Assembly (NCBI GenBank): GCA_002104905.1
Contig: MCFE01000190.1
Span: forward strand, 1-64,000
Length of the DNA: 64,000 bases
DNA from: Basidiobolus meristosporus CBS 931.73
Taxonomy: Eukaryota; Fungi; Basidiobolomycota
Direction of reading: 5' to 3'
Position numbers and translations under genes: made by a program
The notes under the pieces: generated by a model
What the model was told of the DNA's origin: nothing
Seen by the model: the letters and a program-made list of their open reading frames with translations, nothing else
Database searches by the model: none
Shown here: positions 38,404 to 50,752 of the stretch, piece after piece
How positions within the stretch are numbered: the first letter of the stretch is position 1
Layout: each line of letters opens with the position of its first letter

Positions 38404-39567
38404 TTAGATCAGCGAAGTGCGTCGTTTAGTTGGACTTTGTGAATTGCAATTTTCAAGAGTACTTTTAACATGTGGATCCTCAGTAGAAGTCGAGTTTCCG
38501 ATTGCTTCAACTCCCTCTGAGGCAGTAATGGTGTCAGGACTACTTGACGATGCAATACTTGTATTTCGTGCTTGATGGCTGCACGAATTAGTGGAGCAAC
38601 AACAATTAACTTCAGTTTCTAAAATGTATCTTGCACCAGCAATGCTTGCCAACGGAAGGACCGGAGTAAATGAATCAATGTTTTGGGGCGCTAACGCGCC
38701 TACCGATATGCTACTCGAGTGAAGTTCTCCCGAATTCTGAGAAATTAGGCTGATGTTGCGGCCACTGTTTGTTTTGAATTTTTTCGATATCAAGTTGGTT
38801 GCTTGTTTACTATAGCGCCGTCTTGAAGGTATTATAGTTGATGATTTGACTAGTGTCAAATGCTTTTCGTGCCGTGATTTGTCACGCCTTACTGCTTCCT
38901 GTAGAAGGGAAACTTTAACACGATAATCGAGGTCTGCTGAGGTTTGCAAATAACTGAAAAACTCTGATAATCGACGAAAATCCCATTCTATAGTGAGTGC
39001 GGTCAAAAAGCTCTCCTTTTGCTTCATACAAGTCCAACCACTCAAAAGGCCTCCAACTAATTTCGCCAAAGAGCTCCGACGCCATTCTTTTGTCAGGTCC
39101 CTTACTAAAAGAGCACGCTTTCGCTCCGATTTTTCCAGCACTGTGTCCTCGGGCATGCTTGATATCGGTGCTGCCCAGTCCAATGTGATATGCCGTATCA
39201 ATAGCACTATCGATTCTATTCGCCATCCAACAATCAGCCATTTGAGAGATGCAATAACTCGGTCAATGCTGTATTCGTTAGCTATGCGATGGAGGTACAC
39301 TGAAGTAACCAGCACGTTTTGCTCGTTCTTCAACCAAGAATAAAACGAAGCATCGTATAAGGTATCCATTTTTCGGATGTTATTGTTAACATCTTTCCAT
39401 GAATCGTCTAGTTTGTTTGGATAAGACAACATAAACAACCATGGGTCAGTGTAAATATCCTGAACAATGACAGGTGTTTACTCACTTGTGCCTGGCTGGG
39501 GTAGAAGGGGGCATTTTCTCTTGTAAGTTGCTTTCGGTGTGCCAGGACAGGAGGGCTGAGAGGCCAT
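38404..39567 (-). CDS. Uncharacterised protein (~361 aa) with Trp-anchored ~16-aa helical repeats and a Ser-rich tail
   Basis: Exon 1 is 39567-39486, followed by a 78-nt GTGAGT..CTAG intron (39485-39408) in compatible phase, then exon 2 within ORF 38404-39438. Confidence 0.75.
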
Positions 39568-40083
39568 GCTCGAAGTGAATACAAGGCTGGATTCGCGAGG
39601 TATCAAGCTCAACCTAGTAGGGTTAAACGAGGAGGAAGTGACGAATTAGCTTTTCGATGCTTGCGCAGCAATTAAAACACCACTTGAAATACTGGCAAAA
39701 GGGGAAATTTCTTCAATGGATATATGCGAAGAAAGCTAGCTGAGGAACAGTGACCCGGTTATTTTATATAAATGGCGAGTAAGGGTTAAAAAATACGAAC
39801 TGGTCCTCCTTGCATGGAAGTTCAATTTATCTTAATATCTGCCAACCTAAGCTAAAGCCAAATCAGGAAATGAAGAAAGATTGGGTAACAAAAATCAGCA
39901 ACCAATAGGTCTCAGAGGAGAGGACTCTGTGCATTGACTTGGGATTGTCTTCAGATTGTTCATTTGTTGACCAGAATGGCAAGCCCGGGTGATTGGTTTT
40001 ATGACGATTTTTCCATCTGAAATATGATGAGCTTTGTTGTCAGTTGACCAGGGCTGGATACGGGTCATAGATGATGTCGAAAC

Positions 40084-41560
40084 TCACAAGTCAGGGCGAA
40101 GTGATGTGTAATGGGTAATATTGGTGGTGCAGGTCAGGGCTCTCAGCGCACACTTCCCAAACAGAGGGTCGGTAAATCGGCATCGAGAACACCAGATGAA
40201 GGCAACCACGCTAAGGAATTCCAACGAGGAACCCGACATCATCAAATGAGCGTCCGATGAACAGCGAGTATGATTAGTATTCCAAGTGAGTTTGTCATGT
40301 GGAGTGGAATTTTCCCGCCACCACGAATGGCGTAGGAAGAATAGGATCTGACAGGTAGGTACCATGTGGCCACAGGTAGCGCAGTGATCTGTAATAAATG
40401 CACCGAGTCTTCCACCAACCGGAGGAGCCTGGGATACATTCGAGAACCTATCAATCTAGTGACAATGTTTGTATTGTTGCTAAATCAGGAGCTTGCACCC
40501 AGAAAGCTCCTCCTGCTGTTCTGTCCTACCACGGAAGAAACAATAGAGTGAATCAATCACAGTTGCACGATGGAGTAACTCCAGCTCTAATCGGAGAACG
40601 TTTCCATCCTGTGTCCCGTGTCGCTTATTGAAATATAGCTGTAATGAAAATACATTGGTGTAAGCTCTTAGCAAATCGGAGATTATGGTATGGAGCAGTA
40701 ATTTCAGATCAACTTATCGGCTCCATCTTAAGCATTCTCGCCACCAATTATGCTATCTTGCTCAGGTGCCTATGTCTTTCCCCGAATCACAGCCAGTATA
40801 ACTACACCATCCCCACTTCCAATTACTGTTCTGTATTCAGCGATGCGGCGACTGGTATGCATTGCGATACAAGTTACAGGTCCGGTCCACGGCTGAATAG
40901 GCCTATTGCCATCAGTGCTGGTGTTCCCATCCTCAAATTGCAAGTGGATTATGTTTGTGTGACTTGGGACCAGCAAAGCTTTTGGATAAACGAAGACTAT
41001 GATGTCTAGTGAACGGGCTCCCGTTCTGCAATGCTCTTTGGCCAGGCAAGCGACCCTCAATCTCCTGATCACTGGCGATCAGGATCCATAATCTGAAATT
41101 CGGAGCCAAGTCGTGATGATCAGCTTGGCATGGAAGCACATCTGAACCTATGTTCGCTTGGATCCTACAACGGGCAATGGTGGAGGGCTACTCTTCAGTG
41201 GCTTACCATAGGAAGGGTCATACTCCCACCAGCGTGCTTCCCAGATTAGTCATGCAAGCACATTATCGATGTTTCAGTAGGCCCTCGCGCTTCTTAAGCT
41301 CAATAATACATGGGTAATCGACACGGGTGAAGGCCGGCTATACGCACACTCAGCAGGGTATGATCATAAGGGTATTTACCAAGTATGTACCTTCACGACA
41401 TATTTAATTAGTATGATACTCAAAAACTCCATCCAGTACAAGCCATAGATAGGGAACTTGCAAATCTGCTTCGTCAGCTTGTATAGCCACCCCTCGAATT
41501 AATTGGGAGTAATAGTAATATTGGCTTCATTGGGGAGCATAGGTCGTTTTCGAAAACCTC
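40084..41560 (-). pseudogene. Possible F-box/WD40-like gene or pseudogene; structure unresolved
   Basis: F-box-like WPLEVFENDLCSPMKPILLL and WD-like segments (WTGPVTCIAMH..VIGSGDGVVIL, GTQDGNV, AHLMMSGSS) lie in different frames. I could not splice them consistently. Confidence 0.3.
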
Positions 41561-41991
41561 CAGGGGCCACTGTAATGGATAATCCCAACAAATACTATTT
41601 GTGTCATTGTAATGGTACTCAACAGTGTATTTAGTTTCAGATACTTGGTTCACGCCCATTTCCGCCAAAACCGAACTTTTCATCGCCAAGACAATAGATC
41701 AAACCAAGAGGCTCCCATATGCCGCACATTATTAATGCGGGTATCGACGCAATGATGTTTTTGAGACCATTTTGTGCATGATTCCCTTTCACGGAGCTTT
41801 TGAATTTAATGTTTGGATTAGTTTACATGTATGCAAAGACAATATTGTATCCCTATGATCCCAGACCAGTCCTATTGTTATTTCCTTCGCACTCTATTCC
41901 ATCTCGAATATAAATGCTTCACTACAGATCACTTTACATAGGTGCTCACAGTTTCTTATCAATCCGCCCTCTCCCAAGAAGTGAAGAAATA

Positions 41992-42863
41992 ATGAAAATT
42001 TACGCACTATCAGCCTTGATCAATATCTCCGTCCTATATGGTAACCCTAGTTCACCTCGTCAATCATAACATGCTCACCCTCTGTTAGTTCAAGCGCAGG
42101 GAATTGCTTCGGACTTGTCTGTTATCAGCTCAGGTGCTATTTGCCACATTCGATATACTAGCTACACAGCCTCTTACTATCATTTTTCCTCTAATAGCCA
42201 TTCAGCCAAGCCCGGCTACTGAATCACCAAAGCCACCAACTAACGAGCCATCAAGTATGGCCCCCACTTCCGTGCCACCCGTAACCCCTACTACCCAAAT
42301 ACCGTCTAGCATCTCCACCCCCGTCTCAAATTCTGGCTCCAATGGAAATACCAGTACTAGTCCCCGTGTGACCGCAAGTCGGGAAACACCTAGTGGGAAT
42401 CCCTCTGTTAGTAAAGGTAAATATGTCTGTTGGAACAGGTTGATTGGGTCCGGGTGATAAATGTACCTTGCTTTTCAGATTCATCAGTCATAATTAATCC
42501 GCCTATTGTAACGGTTGGTCAACTTGCAGGCATTGATTATTCACAACCAACTGACAATGTATTTAGCTCACTCTCCCTGGATCCAATGGGTCTACAGCCC
42601 CACCAGTCACTCTTAGCATTCCAAGCACAGCGTCCGGATCAGCTGTCACAACTCTACCGAACTCCGATGTGGTCAAGGATGTAGTGGTTACAGCAACCGC
42701 CAAAGTATCAGGAACTGATGCAATAGTTTTAGCGACGGTGAGAGTCACTGGTAGACCGATGGCTACCAACACCAGAAATGCAAACCTCGGTGTCCAGGCT
42801 ATCACTCCCAAAACAGCTATACTTGGAGCACTGGCCTTACCAATCATTTGGAGCCTCCTATAA
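41992..42863 (+). CDS. Secreted Ser/Thr/Pro-rich, probably GPI-anchored cell-surface protein (5 exons)
   Basis: Signal peptide MKIYALSALINISVLYVQAQ across intron 1. Four GT-AG introns restore one frame. Hydrophobic C-terminus (AILGALALPIIWSLL). Confidence 0.75.
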
Positions 42864-43207
42864 GCAAATAAACGCAACCGTTATTGCTTATAGGGTCAAA
42901 CCTTTGGTTGGTAAATGAATGAAAAACCATGAACCCTTGGCTATCAGACTAATTGTTGATTTACATGAATGTGGAATAAAGAGTCTGTCTTATCTTATTG
43001 CCAAGCTTGCTATTTGGGGTAGCGAAAACGAAACAACGATCAGCCGTTTGTCGGTCCAGATACATGTCTTCAGGGAAAACCACGAGCAATATGGTGTCCA
43101 ATAGCAGGGTCAAGTCCCTTCTGAATTGACAGCGGCTGCCAAGCACGGCTTACGATCATCTATATTTATTGCATCTTTAAGCTATGTGATGTTGCGAATG
43201 CTGAGCG

Positions 43208-43873
43208 CTAACCCCGGAATTCCGAGACCAATAGTGCATCCTCTGATCCCACATCTTCCGCGCACACGTGCTCCCGTTGAATGGTGATTAATCTCGAAGT
43301 GAATGTTTCAGGTCTGCTTTCGATATAGGCTTTATACTCCGGAGCACCAGGGTACAAAATGTTATCCGCAACCACAGTGGCCCCGATATTTAACCATTGA
43401 AGGCGCAGGATGTTCTTGATATCTTGCACGTAGACATCTTTCTTATGGTCAATAAAAACAAACTCTACTTTGTTGACACCGTACTTCTCGGAAAAGGTTT
43501 TACAAGTCAGCTGAAATTCACCTATCACTATAGTAACTTTGGATGACAGGCCAGCGTGGTCGATTATCTTGTTGGCCACTTCGGCAAATTCGGGATCAAA
43601 TTCAAAAGAATAATAATGGCCAGTGGGGGGCAGTTTGTTCCCAAATCGAATGGCACTATATCCCAAATAACCACCGAGCTCAATCATCACCTGAACAGGT
43701 TTCTGTGTGATTAGTTCATCAATAACTTTCCCCTTGCGGTTACCCACATGTATCAGCGGATGAATATCAGCATAACTATCAATGGCTTGAAGAATCGAGC
43801 CAATATCACCAGCCTTGGAGTTTGAGAAGACATAATCCAGGTACTCTTGTGTGTTTGGCGTACGGGCACTCAT
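43208..43873 (-). CDS. COMT: Catechol O-methyltransferase-like SAM-dependent methyltransferase, 221 aa, single exon
   Basis: MIELGGYLGYSAIRF (SAM motif I), FIDHKKDVY and VVADNILYPGAPEY match COMT-family motifs. Confidence 0.9.
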   Translation of the reverse strand: MSARTPNTQEYLDYVFSNSKAGDIGSILQAIDSYADIHPLIHVGNRKGKVIDELITQKPVQVMIELGGYLGYSAIRFGNKLPPTGHYYSFEFDPEFAEVANKIIDHAGLSSKVTIVIGEFQLTCKTFSEKYGVNKVEFVFIDHKKDVYVQDIKNILRLQWLNIGATVVADNILYPGAPEYKAYIESRPETFTSRLITIQREHVCAEDVGSEDALLVSEFRG

Positions 43874-46805
43874 AGTGGCTGTCTTTGCTCCTATATTGTG
43901 CCTATAGTTATTTATACCTGGGGATTTTGTCTTTCAAGATGCTCCAACCTCTGGCATTTTGGTAATTGGTAAGCGCTCTGAAACTGCAGCATCACCCAGT
44001 CTCATATATTGAGGCTTAGCTCTGCTGATTAGAGAAAATGGGTTTTCGGTCATAATCCTGGGGATCATTGATCGCCCGAAGTGGTGAATCCGAATGTGAT
44101 CCCTGCCTAGATGTTGACATGTATCCAGGATTGCCCAAGGCACTGCTTGCTGAGTCCAAAAACTAGATTGCATGAAGCTTTGGCTTCGTTTCAGCTGATC
44201 TGGTAACGAATATTGAGTCATTATATTGAATGGCCACTGTTGTGCTGGCAATGATAAGGATGTTTATATGATGCGATGAATCATACTGGGGGAACGTCTT
44301 TACCTCTTTTCTGGATACCTTACGTTATTCTATTGAGGGCTATCGTATTCGTGTCATTGGAGGGTATCGGTATCATGGCACTCGATTACCAAACATACGA
44401 TTACGAGGGCTAAATCCGAAATACAATTTTTTTTTGTGATAAACACACAAAATATTGAAAACAGTAAAGTAATACGGAATGTGTTGGCCAAGCCGGATAT
44501 GCTATCTTTTCAGCTGCGCCTAGATCTAAATATGCCTGGAAATTGTTACGAATCCCAGTGTTGAGGTAATGTTCGCGAGCTTTGGTGTATCCTTGTTGTA
44601 CGCTCGCAGGCATGTCCAGACTCTCTCCCAACCCATTGTCTCATGCAGTAAAAGCTTTCTGCGTTGCTCTGGGCGAGTTGATCAATTCCTGTTCCCGGCG
44701 TATCTTGATTATAGCATGTCATCTCTTGTCCAGACGATTCTGCTGAAGGATCTGATAAGGCTTAGTAAACGATTCTGTGTGGATCCTCATAAGATAAAAA
44801 AGGCTACCATCACTCCCAACCTCCAGTTGTCTTTTTTTGGACGAGGATTTAGCTAATGTAAACAGAGATCATCAATTGCTTAATCCTGATCTAGTCATCT
44901 GATGGAATCCCACTTTGACATTTATTGAGTCTATCTAACATGAAGTACCATCACCTAATCCATAGTAACAAACATCCTGCATTTAGAAGTGTCCCATTGT
45001 TTAGTGACCAGTATCCACTTTACAAGAGTCGGCTGCCTGACAGTGCCACCTGGCGGAACCATTGACTCGACTCTATACTTGGTTTACTAGTAGAGACAGC
45101 ATGAAGTAGGCAGCAATATAAAATGTATGATACAATGAGCCTTGGGTGTGATACAAGATACGATTATCCACACTATCCATCTAGTACTGCCACGGCCAAC
45201 TCTTCACTCAGATCGGACCGTGTCGATTGACAAATCCACAAAAGAATTGTTTTGGTATTCCTTGTCTACCACTCAATACTTCGAAACGCTATCTGTTGAT
45301 GGACGGATTTAGTGGTTGTATAATGGCAATGGTTTTCCAGGCTCGGTGCTCATTTTGCATTGCATTTGCAATTAATACCCTAGGCTCTTGGTTGTATATG
45401 CCCATACCCCATACAATTGCATAGAGATGAGGCAATGTGTCGTATGGCCTAGGCCTGTATCAATTTTAATACGTATTACAAAATTCGCATCAGTTGAAAT
45501 TACGCTCAGCTAGCTCATTGAATAAACACGTGGCAGGTGTAATTTATTCGTATTCGCGCCATAGCCAATCCAGGTATGGGTCTGAGAAAGCTCTAGGCCG
45601 AATATAAAGCTTTCAACTATGCTCTATGTAGCATGAGGTGTAAATGCTACGGAAATCCAATGAGATGAACCGGTTTTGACTATGGGTGAATGGGCAGCTG
45701 TTAAACTGTGGGTTCTCAACAGCTGGTTTGGAAACGGATATAACAGAAATTGACTTGATTATTGCTAAATATTGGCAGAATGGTCGAGGACATTCCAATC
45801 AGAAGCGGTATCCTATTATTTTCTCAAAGCAGAAGGGGAACGATACAGTGGAAAGCGCATTGGCCCGGATTCCAAGTATTGATGTTTATCAGAGTCAGCC
45901 AATTTGCACATGTCAAACACACCTGGTTAAACGTCATATTCGGATTAGGTCCATTCCACCTCATCGTCTGGCATGCACTTGTATTGAGTCGATTGTTTCA
46001 ACAATTAGTTTCTAGAACAGCTTGGCTCATTGCAATAGGTATGGTTGAAACACACCGGATTACATTGAATTCTAGATGTGGGAAAGGAACTCAAGTGTTC
46101 AAGTATCTCTATAGCACCTATCATTGAATATGCTTAAACATCCCGCATTGCAAGTAAATAAAATCATTTTCCCTCTGGCCTATAAGCCGGACTGGAGTGC
46201 TATGTCCTTTTAAGCACCAATGGCTGTCTTCGGTGTTGAGAATACTCACCAAATTCGTCAGTAACAGGAAATTAAAAATATACTGAAGGGGCTAGACAGT
46301 GGTCTGCAGTGCAAATTAAATTTTTGCCTAAGTGTAAATCTGGACTTGGGTCTGTGTAGCCTACCGTTTCTGATTTAAATACTTCGATAATGGAGGCAGG
46401 AGAAACTGAGCTTTTTGACATATCTCCATCTGTTTCTATCTCCTACACCTTTTGTCTTTCCTCTTCTAAACCCTCCGTGTTGGCGCACTATAGATCAGGC
46501 CCATCAACCATATTAGCCTCCTTCACTGTATATTAAACTACCACTCCATTGGTCAGTGTCGATAGTCTAACTTATCGTTGATAATCCCACCTAGTCCCTC
46601 AGCAGAATTGAAAAAGACAAGAGGACATTGTTTGGAGAAGAAAGCTTGCACATTCCAGTCTGCTTTATATAATCCCATTATAAAGGCGCAATAACCAGCA
46701 GAAGTTGTCGAAGTTGTTGCCCTATCAACCAGTTCCTTCGAGAGATTGCTCCCTCTCGTCACGCATTTGCTTTTTCCCCTTCAAGAACATCAAATCATCA
46801 CATCC

Positions 46806-48603
46806 ATGTTTCAATCACCCCATTTCCCATTGGAGCGGCCAGTGACCGTCTGTATTATTGGGGCTGGAAACAGGTGATTACATGCGACCACGTCTAATAG
46901 CCATCACAACCATTAATCAATCGTCCATCATCGATAGAGGTTCTGTATATGCCAACTTTGCCCTGAAGAATCCACATCTGATGCGGGTAGTTGCTGTAGT
47001 GTCTCCAACTGAATTTCGTCGGTTCAACTTAGCAAAGGTTAGGATTCCCGCACTTTTTGTCCATTCACAGTCATTGATTCGGGAACCTTGTATTCTCTAG
47101 CGCCATGACATTCCTGCTGAGAATGTATTTTCGAGTTGGAAAGAGGTAATTTTCTGATTGTGCGTATCTAAAAGATGTCGTGCTGACTGGATTTTCGTAC
47201 ACAAGCTCGCTGTGCGACCTCGGATTGCTGACGCTATGATCATCACAAACCTGGACTCCTTACATTTTGACTCGGCACTTGGTAATGCTCGGTAAATAAT
47301 CCATATACGCCATTGCCGCCCAATTAACCCTGGATTCACTAGCCTCCATCGAGAGGGGTTACCACCTAATGTTGGAAAATCCGTCGCCCCTGAATCCCGT
47401 GGAGTGCGCCAGTTTAGTGAATGCTGCCGTTCATTACAATGTGGGTATTCAACATCTGAGAACTGCCTTAGCCTCGTCTAATGCGATCGAACCCATCTCT
47501 AGGTAACGTTCATGGTTGGCCACCCAGAGCGCTATAGTGCCTACAACCGTACTATGAAGCGTCTTATCGATTCGGGAGCCATTGGGGAGGTCATGAGTAT
47601 TCAGCACATGGAGCCTATCGGCTTTTATCACTTCCGGCCCACCTACAGTCGGACAAAGAAACGACAGAATACCTTGTCCCTGATCTCCAAAAACATCCAC
47701 GACATAGATTTGATTTCCTGGTTTATGGGTACTAGATGCCGGCGTGTTAGCTCGTTCGGCAATCTGTACAAGGTGTACAAAGCAAAAAAATTTCAAATCA
47801 GGAACTCTCTTCGATGCCGTCAATGCCCTCACGAGCAAGAGTGCTGCTACACCGCGAAACAAATGTACATGGACTCTCCTCCGTGGCTCGACAGAAATCT
47901 TGCCGACGATCCCGCATACGAGGTCGAAAGCCTCGCCAGCTCTTATGATTCTCGAGATGATACATACTCTGACAATGAAGCAAGTGACTCGTGCGATAAT
48001 CAAGTAAGCTCAACTTCACTGCATCAAGTCTGGAAAGCGACCCTAACCCAATCATCCGTAGGTGATCAACATGGAGTTTGATGGTGGCAAGACCTGCAAT
48101 TTCACCATGGTAGTTTGTACAGAATCGATGTGTGAGCGCAAAACAAGAATCTTTGGCACGTTGGGTGAGCTCGAAGCTGATGGGCATGTGGTCCGTCACT
48201 TCGATTTCCTGACACGTCGTATCGAGATTATACGTCCTGAGAGAGATGATGAGGATGAGGATGACATCGTAAACAGTATGCCAGGGTTTATTGCTGTCTC
48301 ATCAGCCACATGCTAACACTATTGTTCTAGGCGGGGACTATGGTGTGATCAGGCACTTTCTTGAGTGTGTAACACTTTTTGATTCCCAAGGCCGTGTTTT
48401 TTGCGAGCCTCAAGATGTTCTTGGTAAACATTCACTGCCGCTTTATTCCCTTAACATCAACTGACATCGATCTTGGACATTTAGAAAATCAGCTCTATGT
48501 TCTTGCTGCTGAGAAGGCCCGTAGTACGGGAACAGTTGTCAATATTGATGATTTTCGCCACGATTCCATAGGTGACATGGACGTCCTGATGGACATTGCA
48601 TGA
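46806..48603 (+). CDS. Gfo/Idh/MocA-family NAD(P)-dependent oxidoreductase, multi-exon
   Basis: Rossmann motif VCIIGAGNRG across intron 1, then GYHLMLENP, HPERYSAY, HMEPIGFYHF, KNIHDIDLISWFMG, ERKTRIFGTLGELE and GGDYG. Exons are joined by short GT-AG introns. Confidence 0.88.
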
Positions 48604-49165
48604 ACTTGTCTTTGAATTATCATTGGAATTTCCAATCTGTTCATATAATACCTATTCCTACGCTCACCACAAAGACAAGCATCCTTCCTTCCTTCCCTCC
48701 CTCTTTAACCCCTTGTAGTTAATATTCATTAATTTCGTATCCGCCTATCCTTTATTGTGAATTATTACTTAATTTACTACTCAACCGCTACTAAATTTTA
48801 GTGCTCTTTGCCATTCGAAGAGTACACATCTAAGCATAGACACCTATACATCATCCGACACCTGTAACCACTTCTACGCAACACTGGCACATCCTAAAGA
48901 GCCCTCCCTACGTTGAATATGTGCATAATTGTGAAGGAACCATTGTAAAATTTAACCTGATGATTTCCTCATGCTTGAAGCGCGGTCTTACGTAGGAACA
49001 CTAGTCTTTCCATAAATACGAATGTCTTCAATAAACGTCGCATCCAAAGCGAAGATCATCCCTAATTCACAAAAAGCCATCTGTTATTCTTACTAGCTTA
49101 GTAGGCATTCGTATCTCAGATAGTGGCTGAGAGCAGGTTGAGGAATTGGCGAAACAGTCGAAGCT

Positions 49166-50752
49166 TTGCAGATCATGAAGAGAACAAGCATGGATGCGTA
49201 CTTGGCGGCAACTGTGATATGGTTTACTCAGGACCTTATCACATCCTTAAGCCCGCACATCCCATTCTGCCAAGCACCAAGAGTGCATTTTGTGTACAAT
49301 TGTGATACAGTTTCGGGCAGGTGGTGTAATTATTATTCTGAGATTGTCTTGAGCAATCTAGTACATTGCTCAGAGGACTTCCAAAGCTGGTTTTAGGTTG
49401 CAGAGGCTATACTGCTTGAGATTTGCAGAACATTCTTCAGGGTAATCGTACTTTCCGTTGATGGGAATAAGACTATCCCCGCCCTACAGTAGGTAGAATT
49501 TCTATAGATCCATTATGCTCCTGAACACTATCCCTTGGATTGGTTCAACGAGGGTACTTCAGTCTCTTCTGAGTCTGAGCTATCGTGTGCCCAATCAAAG
49601 AGCGCAATGAGTAAATTCAGGTAATACATGAATTTTCCGGTGAGACACAAGGTTCACGAGTATGGCGATAGGATAATCAATCAATGAACATTCGGCATGA
49701 TTTTAGAGTTTCCTGACTTCTCATTTATGGCTAAAATTCTCCGCTACGATCAGCCTCCATTGCACCAAGGCTATCTAGCAGTTGCCTTCCAACGTTGTAG
49801 GGATGAATGTTAGCCATTTGGACTGTGCGGTAGGGGTTTATTGAACTCGGTAGAACACATACTATATCTATCGTTCCAGATGTGTTTAGTCTTAATTCAG
49901 TGTTCTGTTCGTTTCATATACTTTCGAATGATCGTGCGCAAAATCACTCTTAAACCGCTTGGTTCATATTGGCAAAGGATCTGTTGGATCTGAGGGTGTA
50001 ACGATGCCATTCACCTGCTGATATATACATATTGAACTTGCTATATATATTCAGCTAACCTGTTTCGGCCTTTAGAACATAACCTTTCCTTAAGGTTGAG
50101 GTTGAGGTATAAAAGGCGAGAGCCTACTTTATCAAGGTAGTTCTAACTTTCTGGTATGCTCGTGGAGAATTCGCCCATCTGTGAAAAACAATCGCCTGAC
50201 CTCTTTTATTGGTTGGACGCTATTTCACCTCAATTGCTGTTAGATCAAGAAGGACGCCGGCGGTTGACTGTCCGATTCCGCATTAAAGAGTATAACCCTG
50301 ATAACGACTGGGTTGCCTATGAGGCGGTGGACCTGATAAACCATCGCTTCCACCACAATAGCTATTTCCAAGCCCCTCGGATTTCTGAGATAAAGTCTCA
50401 AGATATATCGTTAACATCCAACATCAACTTCTTGAGGATCAACCAAGGTCCACTAGGCTCCTCCGGAAAGAATGGGATTTGGAAGTTTAGCTATTCTATC
50501 ACCAATGGAGAATATGAGGATGAGCGTTGGATTGTCCCCCTTCGCTTCGAGTGTCAGCTCAAATTCCTCGTAAACCCTATATCCAAATCCAAAAGGCTTT
50601 CATGGATAAGGGAATGGTTCAGGAGGCAGCCCCTATCAACATACCTCAAGGAAAAGGTGATTCAAGTACAAAATAGTTCATATCATCTCTTATCCCCAGA
50701 GCCTACCATTGATAATGGTAGAGCCCCTTCCTTTGGGCACCGTTTTCCGTAA
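49166..50752 (+). CDS. Hypothetical protein; probable terminal exon 50156-50752, upstream exons uncertain
   Basis: A 198-codon ORF of globular-looking composition with no strong opposite-strand gene. Short GT-AG-flanked coding-like pieces lie at 49166-49620. No family recognised. Confidence 0.4.

Noticed and set aside
43934-46762. Several 60-120 aa ORFs between COMT and the oxidoreductase
   Set aside because: No motifs, no consistent exon chain and conflicting strands. Treated as intergenic, although a hidden gene cannot be excluded.
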